A stretch of 64,000 nucleotides of DNA, taken from Eledone cirrhosa (lineage: Eukaryota). Positions 40,901 to 58,100 of the stretch are shown here, one piece after another. The position numbers were made by a program, and so were the translations under genes. The stretch's first letter is position 1; each line of letters opens with the position of its first letter. The stretch lies in NCBI GenBank assembly GCA_964016885.1, contig OZ024744.1:123132001-123196000 (forward strand). The letters are read 5' to 3'. The notes beneath the pieces are model-generated. The model worked only from the letters and a program-made list of their open reading frames with translations, was not told where the DNA came from and searched no databases.

Positions 40901-43900
40901 ACTATCTATAGTCAGTGTTACCAGACACTGGTACTAGGACTAAATATAGTCAATGTTAACAGATACTGGTACAAGGACTAACTACAGTCAGTGTTAACAG
41001 ACACTGGTACTAGGACTAACTATAGTCACTGTTAAAAGACACTGGTACTAGGACTAAATATAGTCAGTGTTAACAGACATTAGTACTAAATATAGTCACT
41101 GTTAACAGACACTGGTACTAGGATTAACTACAGTCAGTGTTAACAGACACTGGTACTAGGACTAACTACAGTCAGTGTTAACAGACACTGGTACTAGGGC
41201 AAAATATAGTCACTTTTAACAGACACTGGTAATAGGACTAAATATAGTCAGTGTTAACAGACACTGGTACTAGTACTAACTACAGTCAGTGTTAACAGAC
41301 ATTGGTACTAGGACTAACTATAGTCAGTGTTAACAGATACAGGTACTAGGACTATCTATAGTCACTGTTAACAGACACTGGTACTAGAACTAAGTATAGT
41401 CAGTGTTAACAGACACTAGTACTAGGACTAAATATAGTCATTTTTAACAGACACTGGTACTAGGACTAAATATAGTCAGTGTTAACAGATGCTGGTACTA
41501 GGACTAAATATAGTCAGTGTTAACAGATACTAGCACTAGGACTAACTATAATCACTGTTAACAGACACTGGTACTAGGACTAAATCTTCTCAGTGTTAAC
41601 AGACACTGGTAATAGTACTAAATATAGTCACTGTTAACAGACACTGGTACTAGGACTAAATCTTCTCAGTGTTAACAGACACTGGTAATAGTACTAAATA
41701 TATTCACGGTTAAGAGGTAGTGGTACTAGGACTAACTACAGTCAGGGGTTAACAGACACTGGGACTAGGACTAAATATAGTCACTGTTAACAGACACTGG
41801 TACTAGGACTAACTATAGTCACTTTTAATAGATACTAGTACTAGGAATAACTACAGTCAGTGTTAACAGACACTGGTACTAGCGCTAAATATAGTCAGTG
41901 TTACAGACACTGGTACTAGGGCTAAATATAGTCACTGTTAACAGGCACTGGTACTAGGACCAAATATTGTCACTGTTAACAGAAACTGGTACCTGGACTA
42001 ACAACAGTCAGTGTTAACAGACACTGGTACTAGCACTAAATATAATCACTGTTAAAAGACACTAGTACTAAATATAGTCACTGTTAACAGACACTGGTAC
42101 GAGGGCGAAATATAGTCAGTGTTACAGACACTGGTACTAGGGCTAAATATAGTCACTGTTAACAGGCACTAGTACTAGGACCAAATATTGTCACTGTTAA
42201 CAGAAACTGGTACCTGGACTAACAACAGTCAGTGTTAACAGACACTGGTACTAGGATTAAATATAATCACTGTTAACAGACACTAGTACTAAATATAGTC
42301 AGTTAACAGACACTGGTACTAGGACTAACTATAGTCACTGTTAACAGATACTGGTACTAGGACTAACTATAGTCACTGTTAACAGACACTGGTACTAGGA
42401 CTAACTATAGTCAGTGTTAACAGACACTGGTACTAGGACTAACTGTAGTCAGTGTTAACAGACACTGGTACTAGGACTAACTGTAGTCAGTGTTAACAGA
42501 CACTGGTACTAGGACTAAATATAGTCAGTGTTAACAAACACTGGTACTAGGACTAAATATAGTCAGTGTTAACAGATACTGGTATTAGGAGTAACTATAG
42601 TCAGTGTTAACAGACACTGGTACTAGGACTATCTATAGTCAGTGTTAACAGACACTGGTACTAGGACTAAATATAGTCAGTGTTAACAGACACTGGTACT
42701 AGGACTAACTGTAGTCAGTGTTAACAGATACTGGTACTAGGACTGACTATAGTCAGTGGTAACAGACACTGGTACTAGGACTAAATATAGTCAGTGTTAT
42801 CAGACACTGGTACTAGGACTAACTATAGTCAGTGTTAACAGATACTGGTACTAGGACTAAATACAGTCACTATTAACAGACACTGGTACTAGGACTAAAT
42901 ATAGTCAGTGTTAACAGACACTGGTACTAGGACTAAATATAGTCACTGTTAACAGATACTGGTACTAGGACTAAATATAGTCACTGTTAACAGATACTGG
43001 TACTAGGACTAAATATAGTCACTGTTAACAGATAGTGGTACTAGGACTAAATATAGTCACTGTTAACAGATACTGGTACTAGGACTAAATATAGTCACTG
43101 TTAACAGATACTGGTACTAGGACTAACTATAGTCAGTGTTAACAGACACTGGTACTAGGACTAACTGTAGTCAGTGTTAACAGACACTGGTACTAGGACT
43201 AACTATAGTCAGTGTTAACAGACACTGGTACTAGGACTAACTGTAGTCAGTGTTAACAGACACTGGTACTAGGACTAACTGTAGTCAGTGTTAACAGACA
43301 CTGGTACTAGGACTAACTATAGTCAGTGTTAACAGACACTGGTACTAGGACTAACTACAGTCACTGTTAACAGACACTGGTACTAGGACTAACTATAGTC
43401 AGTGTTAATAGACACTGGTACTAGGACTAACTACAGTCATTGTTAACAGACACTGGTACCTGGACTAACAACAGTCAGTGTTAACAGACACTGGTACCTG
43501 GACTAACAACAGTCAGTGTTAACAGACACTGGTACTAGCACTAAATATAATCACTGTTAAAAGACACTAGTACTAAATATAGTCACTGTTAACAGACACT
43601 GGTACTAGGACTAAATATAGTCAGTGTTAACAGACACTGGTACTAGGACTAACTACAGTTAGTGGTAACAGACACTGGTACTAGGACTAAATATAGTCAG
43701 TGTTAACAGACACTGGTACTAGGGCTAAATATAGTCAGTGTTAACAGGCACTAGTACTAAATATATTCACTGGTACTAGGGCTAAATATAGTCAATGTTA
43801 ACAGGCACTGGTACTAAAACTAAATATAGTCACTGTTAACAGACACTGGTACTAGGACTAAATATAGTTACTGTTAACAGACACTGGTACTAGTACTAAC

Positions 43901-44900
43901 TACAGTCAGTGTTAACAGACATTGGTACTAGGACTAACTATAGTCAGTGTTAACAGATACTGGTACTAGGACTAAATATAGTCACTGTTAACAGACACTG
44001 GTACTAGGACTAAATATAGTTACTGTTAACAGATACTGGTACTAGTACTAACTACAGTCAGTGTTAACAGACATTGGTACTAGGACTAACTATAGTCAGT
44101 GTTAACAGATACTGGTACTAGGACTAAATATAGTCACTGTTAACAGATACTGGTACAAGGACTAAATATAGTTACTGTTAACAGACACTGGTACTAGCAC
44201 TATCTATAGTCAGTGTTACCAGACACTGGTACTAGGACTAAATATAGTCAATGTTAACAGATACTGGTACAAGGACTAACTACAGTCAGTGTTAACAGAC
44301 ACTGGTACTAGGACTAACTATAGTCACTGTTAAAAGACACTGGTACTAGGACTAAATATAGTCAGTGTTAACAGACACTAGTACTAAATATAGTCACTGT
44401 TAACAGACACTGGTACTAGGATTAACTACAGTCAGTGTTAACAGACACTGGTACTAGGACTAACTACAGTCAGTGTTAACAGACACTGGTACTAGGGCAA
44501 AATATAGTCACTTTTAACAGACACTGGTAATAGGACTAAATATAGTCAGTGTTAACAGACACTGGTACTAGTACTAACTACAGTCAGTGTTAACAGACAT
44601 TGGTACTAGGACTAACTATAGTCAGTGTTAACAGATACAGGTACTAGGACTATCTATAGTCACTGTTAACAGACACTGGTACTAGAACTAAGTATAGTCA
44701 GTGTTAACAGACACTAGTACTAGGACTAAATATAGTCATTTTTAACAGACACTGGTACTAGGACTAAATATAGTCAGTGTTAACAGATGCTGGTACTAGG
44801 ACTAAATATAGTCAGTGTTAACAGATACTAGCACTAGGACTAACTATAATCACTGTTAACAGACACTGGTACTAGGACTAAATCTTCTCAGTGTTAACAG
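37971..44900. repeat. Near-perfect tandem higher-order repeat, period 3298 bp
   Basis: Rare variants recur at a 3298 offset: CTGGTATTAGGAGT 39281/42579, TTC of ATATTCACTGG 40468/43766, ACTAGTACTAACTAC 37971/41269. GTTATCAG and GGATTAACTAC are also shared. Confidence 0.85.
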
Positions 44901-47900
44901 ACACTGGTAATAGTACTAAATATATTCACGGTTAAGAGATAGTGGTACTAGGACTAACTACAGTCAGGGGTTAACAGACACTGGGACTAGGACTAAATAT
45001 AGTCACTGTTAACAAACACTGGTACTAGGACTAACTATAGTCACTTTTAATAGATACTAGTACTAGGAATAACTACAGTCAGTGTTAACAGACACTGGTA
45101 CTAGCGCTAAATATAGTCAGTGTTACAGACACTGGTACTAGGGCTAAATATAGTCACTGCTAACAGGCACTGGTACTAGGACCAAATATTGTCACTGTTA
45201 ACAGAAACTGGTACCTGGACTAACAACAGTCAGTGTTAACAGACACTGGTACTAGCACTAAATATAATCACTGTTAAAAGACACTAGTACTAAATATAGT
45301 CACTGTTAACAGACACTGGTACGAGGGCGAAATATAGTCAGTGTTACAGACACTGGTACTAGGGCTAAATATAGTCACTGTTAACAGGCACTGGTACTAG
45401 GACCAAATATTGTCACTGTTAACAGAAACTGGTACCTGGACTAACAACAGTCAGTGTTAACAGACACTGGTACTAGGATTAAATATAATCACTGTTAACA
45501 GACACTAGTACTAAATATAGTCAGTTAACAGACACTGGTACTAGGACTAACTATAGTCACTGTTAACAGATACTGGTACTAGGACTAACTATAGTCAGTT
45601 AACAGACACTGGTACTAGGACTAACTATAGTCAGTGTTAACAGACACTGGTACTAGGACTAACTGTAGTCAGTGTTAACAGACACTGGTACTAGGACTAA
45701 CTGTAGTCAGTGTTAACAGACACTGGTACTAGGACTAACTGTAGTCAGTGTTAACAAACACTGGTACTAGGACTAAATATAGTCAGTGTTAACAGACACT
45801 GGTACTAGGACTGACTGTAGTCAGTGTTAACAGACACTGGTACTAGGACTAAATATAGTCAGTGTTAACAAACACTGGTACTAGGACTAAATATAGTCAG
45901 TGTTAACAGATACTGGTACTAGGAGTAACTATAGTCAGTGTTAACAGACACTGGTACTAGGACTATCTATAGTCAGTGTTAACAGACACTGGTACTAGGA
46001 CTAAATATAGTCAGTGTTAACAGACACTGGTACTAGGACTAACTGTAGTCAGTGTTAACAGATACTGGTACTAGGACTGACTATAGTCAGTGTTAACAGA
46101 CACTGGTACTAGGACTAAATATAGTCAGTGTTAACAGACACTGGTACTAGGACTAACTATAGTCAGTGTTAACAGATACTGGTACTAGGACTAAATACAG
46201 TCACTATTAACAGACACTGGTACTAGGACTAAATATAGTCAGTGTTAACAGACACTGGTACTAGGACTAAATATAGTCACTGTTAACAGATACTGGTACT
46301 AGGACTAAATATAGTCACTGTTAACAGATACTGGTACTAGGACTAAATATAGTCACTGTTAACAGATAGTGGTAGTAGGACTAAATATTGTCACTGTTAA
46401 CAGATACTGGTACTAGGAATAAATATAGTCACTGTTAACAGATACTGGTACGAGGACTAACTATAGTCAGTGTTAACAGACACTGGTACTAGGACTAACT
46501 GTAGTCAGTGTTAACAGACACTGGTACTAGGACTAACTATAGTCAGTGTTAACAGACACTGGTACTAGGACTAACTGTAGTCAGTGTTAACAGACACTGG
46601 TACTAGGACTAACTATAGTCAGTGTTAACAGACACTGGTACTAGGACTAACTATAGTCAGTGTTAACAGACACTGGTACTAGGACTAACTACAGTCACTG
46701 TTAACAGACACTGGTACTAGGACTAACTATAGTCAGTGTTAATAGACACTGGTACTAGGACTAACTACAGTCATTGTTAACAGACACTGGTACCTGGACT
46801 AACAATAGTCAGTGTTAACAGACACTGGTACCTGGACTAACAACAGTCAGTGTTAACAGACACTGGTACTAGCACTAAATATAATCACTGTTAAAAGACA
46901 CTAGTACTAAATATAGTCACTGTTAACAGACACTGGTACTAGGACTAAATATAGTCAGTGTTAACAGACACTGGTACTAGGACTAACTACAGTTAGTGGT
47001 AACAGACACTGGTACTAGGACTAAATATAGTCAGTGTTAACAGACACTGGTACTAGGGCTAAATATAGTCAGTGTTAACAGGCACTAGTACTAAATATAT
47101 TCACTGGTACTAGGGCTAAATATAGTCAATGTTAACAGGCACTGGTACTAAAACTAAATATAGTCACTGTTAACAGACACTGGTACTAGGACTAAATATA
47201 GTTACTGTTAACAGACACTGGTACTAGTACTAACTACAGTCAGTGTTAACAGACATTGGTACTAGGACTAACTATAGTCAGTGTTAACAGATACTGGTAC
47301 TAGGACTAAATATAGTCACTGTTAACAGACACTGGTACTAGGACTAAATATAGTTACTGTTAACAGATACTGGTACTAGTACTAACTACAGTCAGTGTTA
47401 ACAGACATTGGTACTAGGACTTACTATAGTCAGTGTTAACAGATACTGGTACTAGGACTAAATATAGTCACTGTTAACAGATACTGGTACAAGGACTAAA
47501 TATAGTTACTGTTAACAGACACTGGTACTAGCACTATCTATAGTCAGTGTTACCAGACACTGGTACTAGGACTAAATATAGTCAATGTTAACAGATAGTG
47601 GTACAAGGACTAACTACAGTCAGTGTTAACAGACACTGGTACTAGGACTAACTATAGTCACTGTTAAAACACACTGGTACTAGGACTAAATATAGTCAGT
47701 GTTAACAGACACTAGTACTAAATATAGTCACTGTTAACAGACACTGGTACTAGGACTAACTACAGTCAGTGTTAACAGACACTGGTACTAGGACTAACTA
47801 CAGTCAGTGTTAACAGACACTGGTACTAGGACAAAATATAGTCACTTTTAACAGACACTGGTAATAGGACTAAATATAGTCAGTGTTAACAGACACTGGT

Positions 47901-49139
47901 ACTAGTACTAACTACAGTCAGTGTTAACAGACATTGGTACTAGGACTAACTATAGTCAGTGTTAACAGATACAGGTACTAGGACTATCTATAGTCACTGT
48001 TAACAGACACTGGTACTAGAACTAAGTATAGTCAGTGTTAACAGACACTAGTACTAGGACTAAATATAGTCATTTTTAACAGACACTGGTACTAGGACTA
48101 AATATGGTCAGTGTTAACAGATGCTGGTACTAGGACTAAATATAGTCAGTGTTAACAGATACTAGCACTAGGACTAACTATAATCACTGTTAACAGACAC
48201 TGGTACTAGGACTAAATCTTCTCAGTGTTAACAGACACTGGTAATAGTACTAAATATATTCACGGTTAAGAGATAGTGGTACTAGGACTAACTACAGTCA
48301 GGGGTTAACAGACACTGGGACTAGGACTAAATATAGTCACTGTTAACAAACACTGGTACTAGGACTAACTATAGTCACTTTTAATAGATACTAGTACTAG
48401 GAATAACTACAGTCAGTGTTAACAGACACTGGTACTAGCGCTAAATATAGTCAGTGTTACAGACACTGGTACTAGGGCTAAATATATTCACTGTTAACAG
48501 GCACTGGTACTAGGACCAAATATTGTCACTGTTAACAGAAACTGGTACCTAGACTAACAACAGTCAGTGTTAACAGACACTGGTACTAGGATTAAATATA
48601 ATCACTGTTAACAGACACTAGTACTAAATATAGTCAGTTAACAGACACTGGTACTAGGACTAACTATAGTCACTGTTAACAGATACTGGTACTAGGACTA
48701 ACTATAGTCAGTTAACAGACACTGGTACTAGGACTAACTATAGTCAGTGTTAACAGACACTGGTACTAGGACTAACTGTAGTCAGTGTTAACAGACACTG
48801 GTACTAGGACTAACTGTAGTCAGTGTTAACAGACACTGGTACTAGGACTAACTGTAGTCAGTGTTAACAAACACTGGTACTAGGACTAAATATAGTCAGT
48901 GTTAACAGACACTGGTACTAGGACTGACTGTAGTCAGTGTTAACAGACACTGGTACTAGGACTAACTGTAGTCAGTGTTAACAGACACTGGTACTAGGAC
49001 TAAATATAGTCAGTGTTAACAAACACTGGTACTAGGACTAAATATAGTCAGTGTTAACAGATACTGGTACTAGGAGTAACTATAGTCAGTGTTAACAGAC
49101 ACTGGTACTAGGACTATCTATAGTCAGTGTTAACAGACA

Positions 49140-52100
49140 CTGGTACTAGGACTAACTGTAGTCAGTGTTAACAGACACTGGTACTAGGACTAACTATAGT
49201 CAGTGTTAACAGACACTGGTACTAGGACTAACTGTAGTCAGTGTTAACAGACACTGGTACTAGGACTAACTGTAGTCAGTGTTAACAGACACTGGTACTA
49301 GGACTAACTATAGTCAGTGTTAACAGACACTGGTACTAGGACTAACTACAGTCACTGTTAACAGACACTGGTACTAGGACTAACTATAGTCAGTGTTAAT
49401 AGACACTGGTACTAGGACTAACTACAGTCATTGTTAACAGACACTGGTACCTGGACTAACAATAGTCAGTGTTAACAGACACTGGTACCTGGACTAACAA
49501 CAGTCAGTGTTAACAGACACTGGTACTAGCACTAAATATAATCACTGTTAAAAGACACTAGTACTAAATATAGTCACTGTTAACAGACACTGGTACTAGG
49601 ACTAAATATAGTCAGTGTTAACAGACACTGGTACTAGGACTAACCACAGTTAGTGGTAACAGACACTGGTACTAGGACTAAATATAGTCAGTGTTAACAG
49701 ACACTGGTACTAGGGCTAAATATAGTCAGTGTTAACAGGCACTAGTACTAAATATATTCACTGGTACTAGGGCTAAATATAGTCAATGTTAACAGGCACT
49801 GGTACTAAAACTAAATATAGTCACTGTTAACAGACACTGGTACTAGGACTAAATATAGTTACTGTTAACAGACACTGGTACTAGTACTAACTACAGTCAG
49901 TGTTAACAGACATTGGTACTAGGACTAACTATAGTCAGTGTTAACAGATACTGGTACTAGGACTAAATATAGTCACTGTTAACAGACACTGGTACTAGGA
50001 CTAAATATAGTTACTGTTAACAGATACTGGTACTAGTACTAACTACAGTCAGTGTTAACAGACATTGGTACTAGGACTAACTATAGTCAGTGTTAACAGA
50101 TACTGGTACTAGGACTAAATATAGTCACTGTTAACAGATACTGGTACAAGGACTAAATATAGTTACTGTTAACAGACACTGGTACTAGCACTATCTATAG
50201 TCAGTGTTACCAGACACTGGTACTAGGACTAAATATAGTCAATGTTAACAGATACTGGTACAAGGACTAACTACAGTCAGTGTTAACAGACACTGGTACT
50301 AGGACTAACTGTAGTCACTGTTAAAAGACACTGGTACTAGGACTAAATATAGTCAGTGTTAACAGACACTAGTACTAAATATAGTCACTGTTAACAGACA
50401 CTGGTACTAGGACTAACTACAGTCAGTGTTAACAGACACTGGTACTAGGACTAACTACAGTCAGTGTTAACAGACACTGGTACTAGGGCAAAATATAGTC
50501 ACTTTTAACAGACACTGGTAATAGGACTAAATATAGTCAGTGTTAACAGACACTGGTACTAGTACTAACTACAGTCAGTGTTAACAGACATTGGTACTAG
50601 GACTAACTATAGTCAGTGTTAACAGATACAGGTACTAGGACTATCTATAGTCACTGTTAACAGACACTGGTACTAGAACTAAGTATAGTCAGTGTTAACA
50701 GACACTAGTACTAGGACTAAATATAGTCATTTTTAACAGACACTGGTACTAGGACTAAATATAGTCAGTGTTAACAGATGCTGGTACTAGGACTAAATAT
50801 AGTCAGTGTTAACAGATACTAGCACTAGGACTAACTATAATCACTGTTAACAGACACTGGTACTAGGACTAAATCTTCTCAGTGTTAACAGACACTGGTA
50901 ATAGTACTAAATATATTCACGGTTAAGAGATAGTGGTACTAGGACTAACTACAGTCAGGGGTTAACAGACACTGGGACTAGGACTAAATATAGTCACTGT
51001 TAACAAACACTGGTACTAGGACTAACTATAGTCACTTTTAATAGATACTAGTACTAGGAATAACTACAGTCAGTGTTAACAGACACTGGTACTAGCGCTA
51101 AATATAGTCAGTGTTACAGACACTGGTACTAGGGCTAAATATAGTCACTGTTAACAGGCACTGGTACTAGGACCAAATATTGTCACTGTTAACAGAAACT
51201 GGTACCTGGACTAACAACAGTCAGTGTTAACAGACACTGGTACTAGGATTAAATATAATCACTGTTAACAGACACTAGTACTAAATATAGTCAGTTAACA
51301 GACACTGGTACTAGGACTAACTATAGTCACTGTTAACAGATACTGGTACTAGGACTAACTATAGTCAGTTAACAGACACTGGTACTAGGACTAACTATAG
51401 TCAGTGTTAACAGACACTGGTACTAGGACTAACTGTAGTCAGTGTTAACAGACACTGGTACTAGGACTAACTGTAGTCAGTGTTAACAGACACTGGTACT
51501 AGGACTAAATATAGTCAGTGTTAACAAACACTGGTACTAGGACTAAATATAGTCAGTGTTAACAGATACTGGTACTAGGAGTAACTATAGTCAGTGTTAA
51601 CAGACACTGGTACTAGGACTATCTATAGTCAGTGTTAACAGACACTGGTACTAGGACTAAATATAGTCAGTGTTAACAGACACTGGTACTAGGACTAACT
51701 GTAGTCAGTGTTAACAGATACTGGTACTAGGACTGACTATAGTCAGTGTTAACAGACACTGGTACTAGGACTAAATATAGTCAGTGTTAACAGACACTGG
51801 TACTAGGACTAACTATAGTCAGTGTTAACAGATACTGGTACTAGGACTAAATACAGTCACTATTAACAGACACTGGTACTAGGACTAAATATAGTCAGTG
51901 TTAACAGACACTGGTACTAGGACTAAATATAGTCACTGTTAACAGATACTGGTACTAGGACTAAATATAGTCACTGTTAACAGATACTGGTACTAGGACT
52001 AAATATAGTCACTGTTAACAGATAGTGGTACTAGGACTAAATATTGTCACTGTTAACAGATACTGGTACTAGGAATAAATATAGTCACTGTTAACAGATA

Positions 52101-55100
52101 CTGGTACGAGGACTAACTATAGTCAGTGTTAACAGACACTGGTACTAGGACTAACTGTAGTCAGTGTTAACAGACACTGGTACTAGGACTAACTATAGTC
52201 AGTGTTAACAGACACTGGTACTAGGACTAACTGTAGTCAGTGTTAACAGACACTGGTACTAGGACTAACTGTAGTCAGTGTTAACAGACACTGGTACTAG
52301 GACTAACTATAGTCAGTGTTAACAGACACTGGTACTAGGACTAACTACAGTCACTGTTAACAGACACTGGTACTAGGACTAACTATAGTCAGTGTTAATA
52401 GACACTGGTACTAGGACTAACTACAGTCATTGTTAACAGACACTGGTACCTGGACTAACAATAGTCAGTGTTAACAGACACTGGTACCTGGACTAACAAC
52501 AGTCAGTGTTAACAGACACTGGTACTAGCACTAAATATAATCACTGTTAAAAGACACTAGTACTAAATATAGTCACTGTTAACAGACACTGGTACTAGGA
52601 CTAAATATAGTCAGTGTTAACAGACACTGGTACTAGGACTAACCACAGTTAGTGGTAACAGACACTGGTACTAGGACTAAATATAGTCAGTGTTAACAGA
52701 CACTGGTACTAGGGCTAAATATAGTCAGTGTTAACAGGCACTAGTACTAAATATATTCACTGGTACTAGGGCTAAATATAGTCAATGTTAACAGGCACTG
52801 GTACTAAAACTAAATATAGTCACTGTTAACAGACACTGGTACTAGGACTAAATATAGTTACTGTTAACAGACACTGGTACTAGTACTAACTACAGTCAGT
52901 GTTAACAGACATTGGTACTAGGACTAACTATAGTCAGTGTTAACAGATACTGGTACTAGGACTAAATATAGTCACTGTTAACAGACACTGGTACTAGGAC
53001 TAAATATAGTTACTGTTAACAGATACTGGTACTAGTACTAACTACAGTCAGTGTTAACAGACATTCGTACTAGGACTAACTATAGTCAGTGTTAACAGAT
53101 ACTGGTACTAGGACTAAATATAGTCACTGTTAACAGATACTGGTACAAGGACTAAATATAGTTACTGTTAACAGACACTGGTACTAGCACTATCTATAGT
53201 CAGTGTTACCAGACACTGGTACTAGGACTAAATATAGTCAATGTTAACAGATACTGGTACAAGGACTAACTACAGTCAGTGTTAACAGACACTGGTACTA
53301 GGACTAACTATAGTCACTGTTAAAAGACACTGGTACTAGGACTAAATATAGTCAGTGTTAACAGACACTAGTACTAAATATAGTCACTGTTAACAGACAC
53401 TGGTACTAGGACTAACTACAGTCAGTGTTAACAGACACTGGTACTAGGACTAACTACAGTCAGTGTTAACAGACACTGGTACTAGGGCAAAATATAGTCA
53501 CTTTTAACAGACACTGGTAATAGGACTAAATATAGTCAGTGTTAACAGACACTGGTACTAGTACTAACTACAGTCAGTGTTAACAGACATTGGTACTAGG
53601 ACTAACTATAGTCAGTGTTAACAGATACAGGTACTAGGACTATCTATAGTCACTGTTAACAGACACTGGTACTAGAACTAAGTATAGTCAGTGTTAACAG
53701 ACACTAGTACTAGGACTAAATATAGTCATTTTTAACAGACACTGGTACTAGGACTAAATATAGTCAGTGTTAACAGATGCTGGTACTAGGACTAAATATA
53801 GTCAGTGTTAACAGATACTAGCACTAGGACTAACTATAATCACTGTTAACAGACACTGGTACTAGGACTAAATCTTCTCAGTGTTAACAGACACTGGTAA
53901 TAGTACTAAATATAGTCACTGTTAACAGACACTGGTACTAGGACTAAATCTTCTCAGTGTTAACAGACACTGGTAATAGTACTAAATATATTCACGGTTA
54001 AGAGATAGTGGTACTAGGACTAACTACAGTCAGGGGTTAACAGACACTGGGACTAGGACTAAATATAGTCACTGTTAACAAACACTGGTACTAGGACTAA
54101 CTATAGTCACTTTTAATAGATACTAGTACTAGGAATAACTACAGTCAGTGTTAACAGACACTGGTACTAGCGCTAAATATAGTCAGTGTTACAGACACTG
54201 GTACTAGGGCTAAATATAGTCACTGCTAACAGGCACTGGTACTAGGACCAAATATTGTCACTGTGAACAGAAACTGGTACCTGGACTAACAACAGTCAGT
54301 GTTAACAGACACTGGTACTAGCACTAAATATAATCACTGTTAAAAGACACTAGTACTAAATATAGTCACTGTTAACAGACACTGGTACGAGGGCGAAATA
54401 TAGTCAGTGTTACAGACACTGGTACTAGGGCTAAATATAGTCACTGTTAACAGGCACTGGTACTAGGACCAAATATTGTCACTGTTAACAGAAACTGGTA
54501 CCTGGACTAATAACAGTCAGTGTTAACAGACACTGGTACTAGGATTAAATATAATCACTGTTAACAGACACTAGTACTAAATATAGTCAGTTAACAGACA
54601 CTGGTACTAGGACTAACTATAGTCACTGTTAACAGATACTGGTACTAGGACTAACTATAGTCAGTTAACAGACACTGGTACTAGGACTAACTGTAGTCAG
54701 TGTTAACAGACACTGGTACTAGGACTAACTGTAGTCAGTGTTAACAGACACTGGTACTAGGACTAACTGTAGTCAGTGTTAACAAACACTGGTACTAGGA
54801 CTAAATATAGTCAGTGTTAAAAGACACTGGTACTAGGACTGACTGTAGTCAGTGTTAACAGACACTGGTACTAGGACTAACTGTAGTCAGTGTTAACAGA
54901 CACTGGTACTAGGACTAAATATAGTCAGTGTTAACAAACACTGGTACTAGGACTAAATATAGTCAGTGTTAACAGATACTGGTACTAGGAGTAACTATAG
55001 TCAGTGTTAACAGACACTGGTACTAGGACTATCTATAGTCAGTGTTAACAGACACTGGTACTAGGACTAAATATAGTCAGTGTTAACAGACACTGGTACT

Positions 55101-58100
55101 AGGACTAACTGTAGTCAGTGTTAACAGATACTGGTACTAGGACTGACTATAGTCAGTGTTAACAGACACTGGTACTAGGACTAAATATAGTCAGTGTTAA
55201 CAGACACTGGGACTAGGACTAAATATAGTCACTGTTAACAAACACTGGTACTAGGACTAACTATAGTCACTTTTAATAGATACTAGTACTAGGAATAACT
55301 ACAGTCAGTGTTAACAGACACTGGTACTAGCGCTAAATATAGTCAGTGTTACAGACACTGGTACTAGGGCTAAATATAGTCACTGTTAACAGGCACTGGT
55401 ACTAGGACCAAATATTGTCACTGTTAACAGAAACTGGTACCTGGACTAACAACAGTCAGTGTTAACAGACACTGGTACTAGGATTAAATATAATCACTGT
55501 TAACAGACACTAGTACTAAATATAGTCAGTTAACAGACACTGGTACTAGGACTAACTATAGTCACTGTTAACAGATACTGGTACTAGGACTAACTATAGT
55601 CAGTTAACAGACACTGGTACTAGGACTAACTATAGTCAGTGTTAACAGACACTGGTACTAGGACTAACTGTAGTCAGTGTTAACAGACACTGGTACTAGG
55701 ACTAACTGTAGTCAGTGTTAACAGACACTGGTACTAGGACTAACTGTAGTCAGTGTTAACAAACACTGGTACTAGGACTAAATATAGTCAGTGTTAACAG
55801 ACACTGGTACTAGGACTGACTGTAGTCAGTGTTAACAGACACTGGTACTAGGACTAACTGTAGTCACTGTTAACAGACACTGGTACTAGGACTAAATATA
55901 GTCAGTGTTAACAAACACTGGTACTAGGACTAAATATAGTCAGTGTTAACAGATACTGGTACTAGGAGTAACTATAGTCAGTGTTAACAGACACTGGTAC
56001 TAGGACTATCTATAGTCAGTGTTAACAGACACTGGTACTAGGACTAAATATAGTCAGTGTTAACAGACACTGGTACTAGGACTAACTGTAGTCAGTGTTA
56101 ACAGATACTGGTACTAGGACTGACTATAGTCAGTGTTAACAGACACTGGTACTAGGACTAAATATAGTCAGTGTTAACAGACACTAGTACTAGGACTAAC
56201 TATAGTCAGTGTTAACAGATACTGGTACTAGGACTAAATACAGTCACTATTAACAGACACTGGTACTAGGACTAAATATAGTCAGTGTTAACAGACACTG
56301 GTACTAGGACTAAATATAGTCACTGTTAACAGATACTGGTACTAGGACTAAATATAGTCACTGTTAACAGATACTGGTACTAGGACTAAATATAGTCACT
56401 GTTAACAGATAGTGGTACTAGGACTAAATATTGTCACTGTTAACAGATACTAGTACTAGGAATAAATATAGTCACTGTTAACAGATACTGGTACGAGGAC
56501 TAACTATAGTCAGTGTTAACAGACACTGGTACTAGGACTAACTGTAGTCAGTGTTAACAGACACTGGTACTAGGACTAACTATAGTCAGTGTTAACAGAC
56601 ACTGGTACTAGGACTAACTGTAGTCAGTGTTAACAGACACTGGTACTAGGACTAACTGTAGTCAGTGTTAACAGACACTGGTACTAGGACTAACTATAGT
56701 CAGTGTTAACAGACACTGGTACTAGGACTAACTACAGTCACTGTTAACAGACACTGGTACTAGGACTAACTATAGTCAGTGTTAATAGACACTGGTACTA
56801 GGACTAACTACAGTCATTGTTAACAGACACTGGTACCTGGACTAACAATAGTCAGTGTTAACAGACACTGGTACCTGGACTAACAACAGTCAGTGTTAAC
56901 AGACACTGGTACTAGCACTAAATATAATCACTGTTAAAAGACACTAGTACTAAATATAGTCACTGTTAACAGACACTGGTACTAGGACTAAATATAGTCA
57001 GTGTTAACAGACACTGGTACTAGGACTAACCACAGTTAGTGGTAACAGACACTGGTACTAGGACTAAATATAGTCAGTGTTAACAGACACTGGTACTAGG
57101 GCTAAATATAGTCAGTGTTAACAGGCACTAGTACTAAATATATTCACTGGTACTAGGGCTAAATATAGTCAATGTTAACAGGCACTGGTACTAAAACTAA
57201 ATATAGTCACTGTTAACAGACACTGGTACTAGGACTAAATATAGTTACTGTTAACAGACACTGGTACTAGTACTAACTACAGTCAGTGTTAACAGACATT
57301 GGTACTAGGACTAACTATAGTCAGTGTTAACAGATACTGGTACTAGGACTAAATATAGTCACTGTTAACAGACACTGGTACTAGGACTAAATATAGTTAC
57401 TGTTAACAGATACTGGTACTAGTACTAACTACAGTCAGTGTTAACAGACATTGGTACTAGGACTAACTATAGTCAGTGTTAACAGATACTGGTACTAGGA
57501 CTAAATATAGTCACTGTTAACAGATACTGGTACAAGGACTAAATATAGTTACTGTTAACAGACACTGGTACTAGCACTATCTATAGTCAGTGTTACCAGA
57601 CACTGGTACTAGGACTAAATATAGTCAATGTTAACAGATACTGGTACAAGGACTAACTACAGTCAGTGTTAACAGACACTGGTACTAGGACTAACTGTAG
57701 TCACTGTTAAAAGACACTGGTACTAGGACTAAATATAGTCAGTGTTAACAGACACTAGTACTAAATATAGTCACTGTTAACAGACACTGGTACTAGGACT
57801 AACTACAGTCAGTGTTAACAGACACTGGTACTAGGACTAACTACAGTCAGTGTTAACAGACACTGGTACTAGGGCAAAATATAGTCACTTTTAACAGACA
57901 CTGGTAATAGGACTAAATATAGTCAGTGTTAACAGACACTGGTACTAGTACTAACTACAGTCAGTGTTAACAGACATTGGTACTAGGACTAACTATAGTC
58001 AGTGTTAACAGATACAGGTACTAGGACTATCTATAGTCACTGTTAACAGACACTGGTACTAGGACTAACTATAATCACTGTTAACAGACACTGGTACTAG